This document shows, piece by piece, positions 57,601 through 64,000 of a DNA stretch of 64,000 nt (position 1 is its first letter; each line of letters begins with the position of its first letter). The stretch is from Ranitomeya imitator. Lineage: Eukaryota. The stretch spans positions 33,046,001-33,110,000 of the forward strand of contig NC_091283.1 of assembly GCF_032444005.1 (NCBI RefSeq). The letters are read 5' to 3'. The notes beneath the pieces were generated by a model. The model made no database searches. It was not told where the DNA came from and saw only the letters and a list, made by a program, of their open reading frames with translations. Position numbers and translations under genes: made by a program.

Positions 57601-60600
57601 ATTCCCTGTAGGCACCAAGACGTCATCATTCCCTGTAGACACCAAGACGCCATCATTCCCTGTAGACACCAAGACGCCATCATTCCCTGTAGACACCAAG
57701 ACGCCATCATTCCCTGTAGACACCAAGACGCCATCATTCCCTGTAGACACCAAGACGCCGTCATTCCCTGTAGACACCAAGACGCCATCATTCCCTGTAG
57801 ACACCAAGACGCCATCATTCCCTGTAGACATTACCAAGACGCCATCATTCCCTGTAGACATTACCAAGACGCCATCATTCCCTGTAGACATTACCAAGAG
57901 GCCATCATTCCCTGTAGACATTACCAAGACGCCATCATTCCCTGTAGGCACCAAGACGTCATCATTCCCTGTAGACACCAAGACGCCATCATTCCCTGTA
58001 GACACCAAGACGCCATCATTCCCTGTAGACACCAAGACGCCATCATTCCCTGTAGACACCAAGACGCCATCATTCCCTGTAGACACCAAGACGCCGTCAT
58101 TCCCTGTAGACACCAAGACGCCATCATTCCCTGTAGACACCAAGACGCCGTCATTCCCTGTAGACATTACCAAGACGCCATCATTCCCTGTAGACATTAC
58201 CAAGACGCCATCATTCCCTGTAGACATTACCAAGACGCCATCATTCCCTGTAGACATTACCAAGACGTCATCATTCCCTGTAGACATTACCAAGACGCCA
58301 TCATTCCCTGTAGACATTACCAAGACGCCATCATTCCCTGTAGACACCAAGACGCCATCATTCCCTGTAGACATTACCAAGACGCCATCATTCCCTGTAG
58401 ACATTACCAAGACGCCATCATTCCCTGTAGACACCAAGACGCCATCTTTCCCTGTAGACACCAAGACGCCATCATTCCCTGTAGACACCAAGACGCCATC
58501 ATTCCCTGTAGACACCAAGACGCCATCATTCCCTGTAGACACCAAGACGCCATCATTCCCTGTAGACACCAAGACGCCATCATTCCCTGTAGACATTACC
58601 AAGACGCCATCATTCCCTGTAGACACCAAGACGCCATCTTTCCCTGTAGACACCAAGACGCCATCATTCCCTGTAGACACCAAGACGCCATCATTCCCTG
58701 TAGACACCAAGACGCCATCATTCCCTGTAGACACCAAGACGCCATCATTCCCTGTAGACACCAAGACGCCATCATTCCCTGTAGACATTACCAAGACGCC
58801 ATCCTTCCCTGTAGACACCAAGACGTCATCATTCCCTGTAGACACCAAGACGTCATCATTCCCTGTAGATATTACCAAGACGCCATCATTCCCTGTAGAC
58901 ACCAAGACGCCATCATTCCCTGTAGACACCAAGACGTCATCATTCCCTGTAGACACCAAGACGCCATCATTCCCTGTAGACATTACCAAGACGCCATCAT
59001 TCCCTGTAGACACCAAGACGCCATCATTCCCTGTAGACATTACCAAGACGCCATCATTCCCTGTAGACACCAAGACGCCATCTTTCCCTGTAGACACCAA
59101 GACGCCATCATTCCCTGTAGACACCAAGACGCCATCATTCCCTGTAGACATTACCAAGACGCCATCATTCCCTGTAGACATTACCAAGACGCCATCATTC
59201 CCTGTAGACACCAAGACGCCATCCTTCCCTGTAGACACCAAGACGTCATCATTCCCTGTAGACACCAAGACGTCATCATTCCCTGTAGATATTACCAAGA
59301 CGTCATCATTCCCTGTAGACACCAAGACGCCATCATTCCCTGTAGACACCAAGACGCCATCATTCCCTGTAGACATTACCAAGACGCCATCATTCCCTGT
59401 AGACACCAAGACGCCATCATTCCCCGTACACATTACCAAGACGCCATCATTCCCTGTAGACACCAAGACGTCATCATTCCCTGTAGACACCAAGACGCCA
59501 TCATTCCCTGTAGACACCAAGACGCCATCATTCCCTGTAGACACCAAGACGCCATCATTCCCTGTAGACACCAAGACGCCATCATTCCCTGTAGACACCA
59601 AGACGCCATCATTCCCTGTAGACATTACCAAGACGCCATCATTCCCTGTAGACACCAAGACGCCATCATTCCCTGTAGACACCAAGACGTCATCATTCCC
59701 TGTAGATACCAAGACGTCATCATTCCCTGTAGACACCAAGACGCCATCATTCCCTGTAGACACCAAGACGTCATCATTCCCTGTAGATACCAAGACGTCA
59801 TCATTCCCTGTAGACACCAAGACGCCATCATTCCCTGTAGACATTACCAAGACGCCATCATTCCCTGTAGACACCAAGACGCCATCATTCCCCGTAGACA
59901 TTACCAAGACGTCATCATTCCCTGTAGACACCAAGACGCCATCATTCCCTGTAGACACCAAGACGCCATCATTCCCTGTAGACATTACCAAGACGCCATC
60001 ATTCCCTGTAGACACCAAGACGCCATCATTCCCTGTAGTCATTACCAAGACGCCATCATTCCCTGTAGACACCAAGACGTCATCATTCCCTGTAGACACC
60101 AAGACGCCATCATTCCCTGTAGACATTACCAAGACGCCATCATTCCCTGTAGACATTACCAAGACGCCATAATTCCCTGTAGTCATTACCAAGACGCCAT
60201 AATTCCCTGTAGACACCAAGACGTCATCATTCCCTGTAGGCACCAAGACGCCATCATTCCCTGTAGACACCATCATTCCCTGTAGACATTACCAAGACGT
60301 CATCATTCCCTGTAGACACCAAGACGCCATCATTCCCTGTAGACACCAAGACGCCATCATTCCCTGTAGTCATTACCAAGAAGCCATCATTCCCTGTAGA
60401 CACCAAGACGCCATCATTCCCTGTAGTCATTACCAAGACGCCATCATTCCCTGTAGACACCAAGACGCCATCATTCCCTGTAGACATTACCAAGACGCCA
60501 TCATTCCCTGTAGACATTACCAAGACGCCATCATTCCCTGTAGACATTACCAAGACGCCATTATTCCCTGTAGACACCAAGACACCATCATTCCTTGTAG

Positions 60601-63600
60601 TCATTACCAAGACGCCATCATTCCCTGTAGACACCAAGACGCCATCATTCCCTGTAGACATTACCAAGATGCCATCATTCCCTGTAGTCATTACCAAGAC
60701 GCCATCATTCCCTGTAGACACCAAGACGCCATCATTCCCTGTAGACATTACCAAGACGCCATTAATCCCTGTAGACACCAAGACGCCATCATTCCTTGTA
60801 GTCATTACCAAGACGCCATCATTCCCTGTAGACATTACCAAGACGCCATCATTCCCTGTAGACATTACCAAGACGCCATCATTCCCTGTAGACATTACCA
60901 AGACGCCATCATTCCCTGTAGACATTACCAAGACGCCATCATTCCCTGTAGACATTACCAAGACGCCATCATTCCCTGTAGACATTACCAAGACGCCATC
61001 ATTCCCTGTAGACATTACCAAGACGCCATCATTCCCTGTAGACATTACCAAGACGCCATCATTCCCTGTAGACATTACCAAGACGCCATCATTCCCTGTA
61101 GACACCAAGACGCCATCATTCCCTGTAGACACCACCAAGACGCCATCATTCCCTGTAGACACCAAGACGCCATCATTCCCTGTAGACACCATCATTCCCT
61201 GTAGACATTACCAAGACGCCATCATTCCCTGTAGACATTACCAAGACGCCATCATTCCCTGTAGGCATTACCAAGACGCCATCATTCCCTGTAGACATTA
61301 CCAAGACGCCATCATTCCCTGTAGACATTACCAAGACGCCATCATTCCCTGTAGACATTACCAAGACGCCATCATTCCCTGTAGACACCAAGACGCCATC
61401 ATTCCCTGTAGACACCAAGACGCCATCATTCCCCGTAGACATTACCAAGACGCCATCATTCCCTGTAGACACCAAGACGTCATCATTCCCTGTAGACACC
61501 AAGACGCCATCATTCCCTGTAGACACCAAGACGCCATCATTCCCTGTAGACACCAAGACGCCATCATTCCCTGTAGACACCAAGACGCCATCATTCCCTG
61601 TAGACACCAAGACGCCATCATTCCCTGTAGACATTACCAAGACGCCATCATTCCCTGTAGACACCAAGACGCCATCATTCCCTGTAGACACCAAGACGTC
61701 ATCATTCCCTGTAGATACCAAGACGTCATCATTCCCTCTAGACACCAAGACGCCATCATTCCCTGTAGACACCAAGACGTCATCATTCCCTGTAGATACC
61801 AAGACGTCATCATTCCCTGTAGACACCAAGACGCCATCATTCCCTGTAGACATTACCAAGACGCCATCATTCCCTGTAGACACCAAGACGCCATCATTCC
61901 CTGTAGACACCAAGACGCCATCATTCCCCGTAGACATTACCAAGACGTCATCATTCCCTGTAGACACCAAGACGCCATCATTCCCTGTAGACACCAAGAC
62001 GCCATCATTCCCTGTAGACATTACCAAGACGCCATCATTCCCTGTAGACACCAAGACGTCATCATTCCCTGTAGACACCAAGACGCCATCATTCCCTGTA
62101 GACATTACCAAGACGCCATCATTCCCTGTAGACATTACCAAGACGCCATAATTCCCTGTAGTCATTACCAAGACGCCATAATTCCCTGTAGACACCAAGA
62201 CGTCATCATTCCCTGTAGGCACCAAGACGCCATCATTCCCTGTAGACACCATCATTCCCTGTAGACATTACCAAGACGTCATCATTCCCTGTAGACACCA
62301 AGACGCCATCATTCCCTGTAGACACCAAGACGCCATCATTCCCTGTAGTCATTACCAAGAAGCCATCATTCCCTGTAGACACCAAGACGCCATCATTCCC
62401 TGTAGTCATTACCAAGACGCCATCATTCCCTGTAGACACCAAGACGCCATCATTCCCTGTAGACATTACCAAGACGCCATCATTCCCTGTAGACATTACC
62501 AAGACGCCATCATTCCCTGTAGACATTACCAAGACGCCATTATTCCCTGTAGACACCAAGACACCATCATTCCTTGTAGTCATTACCAAGACGCCATCAT
62601 TCCCTGTAGACACCAAGACGCCATCATTCCCTGTAGACATTACCAAGATGCCATCATTCCCTGTAGTCATTACCAAGACGCCATCATTCCCTGTAGACAC
62701 CAAGACGCCATCATTCCCTGTAGACATTACCAAGACGCCATTAATCCCTGTAGACACCAAGAAGCCATCATTCCTTGTAGTCATTACCAAGACGCCATCA
62801 TTCCCTGTAGACATTACCAAGACGCCATCATTCCCTGTAGACATTACCAAGACGCCATCATTCCCTGTAGACATTACCAAGACGCCATCATTCCCTGTAG
62901 ACATTACCAAGACGCCATCATTCCCTGTAGACATTACCAAGACGCCATCATTCCCTGTAGACATTACCAAGACGCCATCATTCCCTGTAGACATTACCAA
63001 GACGCCATCATTCCCTGTAGACATTACCAAGACGCCATCATTCCCTGTAGACATTACCAAGACGCCATCATTCCCTGTAGACACCAAGACGCCATCATTC
63101 CCTGTAGACACCAAGACGCCATCATTCCCTGTAGACATTACCAAGACGCCATCATTCCCTGTAGACACCAAGACGCCATCATTCCCTGTAGACACCATCA
63201 TTCCCTGTAGACATTACCAAGACGCCATCATTCCCTGTAGACATTACCAAGACGCCATCATTCCCTGTAGGCATTACCAAGACGCCATCATTCCCTGTAG
63301 ACATTACCAAGACGCCATCATTCCCTGTAGGCATTACCAAGACGCCATCATTCCCTGTAGACATTACCAAGACGTCATCATTCCCTGTAGACACCAAGAT
63401 GCCATCATTTCCTGTAGACACCAAGACGCCATCATTCCCTGTAGACATTACCAAGACGCCATCATTCCCTGTAGACACCAAGACGCCATCATTCCCTGTA
63501 GACATTACCAAGACGCCATCATTCCCTGTAGACACCAAGACGCCATCATTCCCTGTAGACACCAAGACGCCATCATTCCCTGTAGACATTACCAAGACGC

Positions 63601-64000
63601 CATCATTCCCTGTAGACATTACCAAGACGCCATCATTCCCTGTAGACACCAAGACGCCATCATTCCCTGTAGACATTACCAAGACGCCATCATTCCCTGT
63701 AGACATTACCAAGACGCCATCATTCCCTGTAGACATTACCAAGACGCCATCATTCCCTGTAGACACCAAGACGTCATCATTCCCTGTAGACATTACCAAG
63801 ATGCCATCTTTCCCTGCAGACATTAGAAAGACCCGCCATCTTTCCCTGTAGATATTACCAAGATGCCGCCATCTTTCTCTGTAGACATTACCAAGACACC
63901 ATCATTCCCTGTAGTCATTACCACGATGCCGCCATCTTTCCCTGTAGACACCAAGACGCCATCATTCCCTGTAGACATTACCAAGACGCCATCTTTCCCT
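54624..64000. repeat. Giant 27/30-bp minisatellite (GTAGACA[TTA]CCAAGACGCCATCATTCCCT), more than 9.3 kb, about 330 units
   Basis: 27- and 30-bp units, six 19-bp deletion units, ~2-kb internal duplication; units degenerate from about 63790, suggesting the array edge is near. Confidence 0.98.

Noticed and set aside
54563-63851. Very long repetitive ORFs (STGNDGVLV / TKTPSFPVD / HQDAIIPCR) as a mucin-like or repeat protein
   Set aside because: Open in several frames on both strands because 27 and 30 are multiples of 3; six 19-bp units shift the frame; no unique N- or C-terminal domain.

Overview
Eukaryotic, repeat-rich DNA that looks like an anuran (frog) genome; the taxon is inferred from the transposon families and zinc-finger N-terminal modules. 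The window is part of a C2H2 zinc-finger gene cluster. Gene 1 (+, CDS 14089-22700, 5 coding exons, 331 aa) has an anuran LEIIYLLTGE/KRAB-A-like N-terminus and about 2 atypical fingers. Gene 2 (-, CDS 35171-28254, 6 coding exons, 411 aa) has the same N-terminal modules and 7 canonical fingers. Gene 3 (-, last exon about 42981-41587) carries widely spaced fingers with C-x-C spacing, an in-frame stop and a frameshift. Three CpG-rich promoters (about 10.8-11.6, 37.9-38.6 and 53.6-54.6 kb) carry ACTACAnnTCCC (ZNF143/THAP11-type) motifs; the first and third are flanked on both sides by multi-kb minisatellites. The rest is transposons and tandem repeats: two Tc1 elements with intact DD34E ORFs and ~200-bp TIRs, four broken Tc1 copies, a head-to-tail Helitron array, hAT, T2/Kolobok and Harbinger MITEs, and a nested Penelope-like insertion with a complete minimal hammerhead ribozyme motif (17013-17053, -). 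About 11 minisatellite arrays cover roughly 40% of the window, and nearly all long ORFs in the ORF track are artefacts of them. Exon models were assembled by eye from splice consensus and frame continuity; no database search was run.
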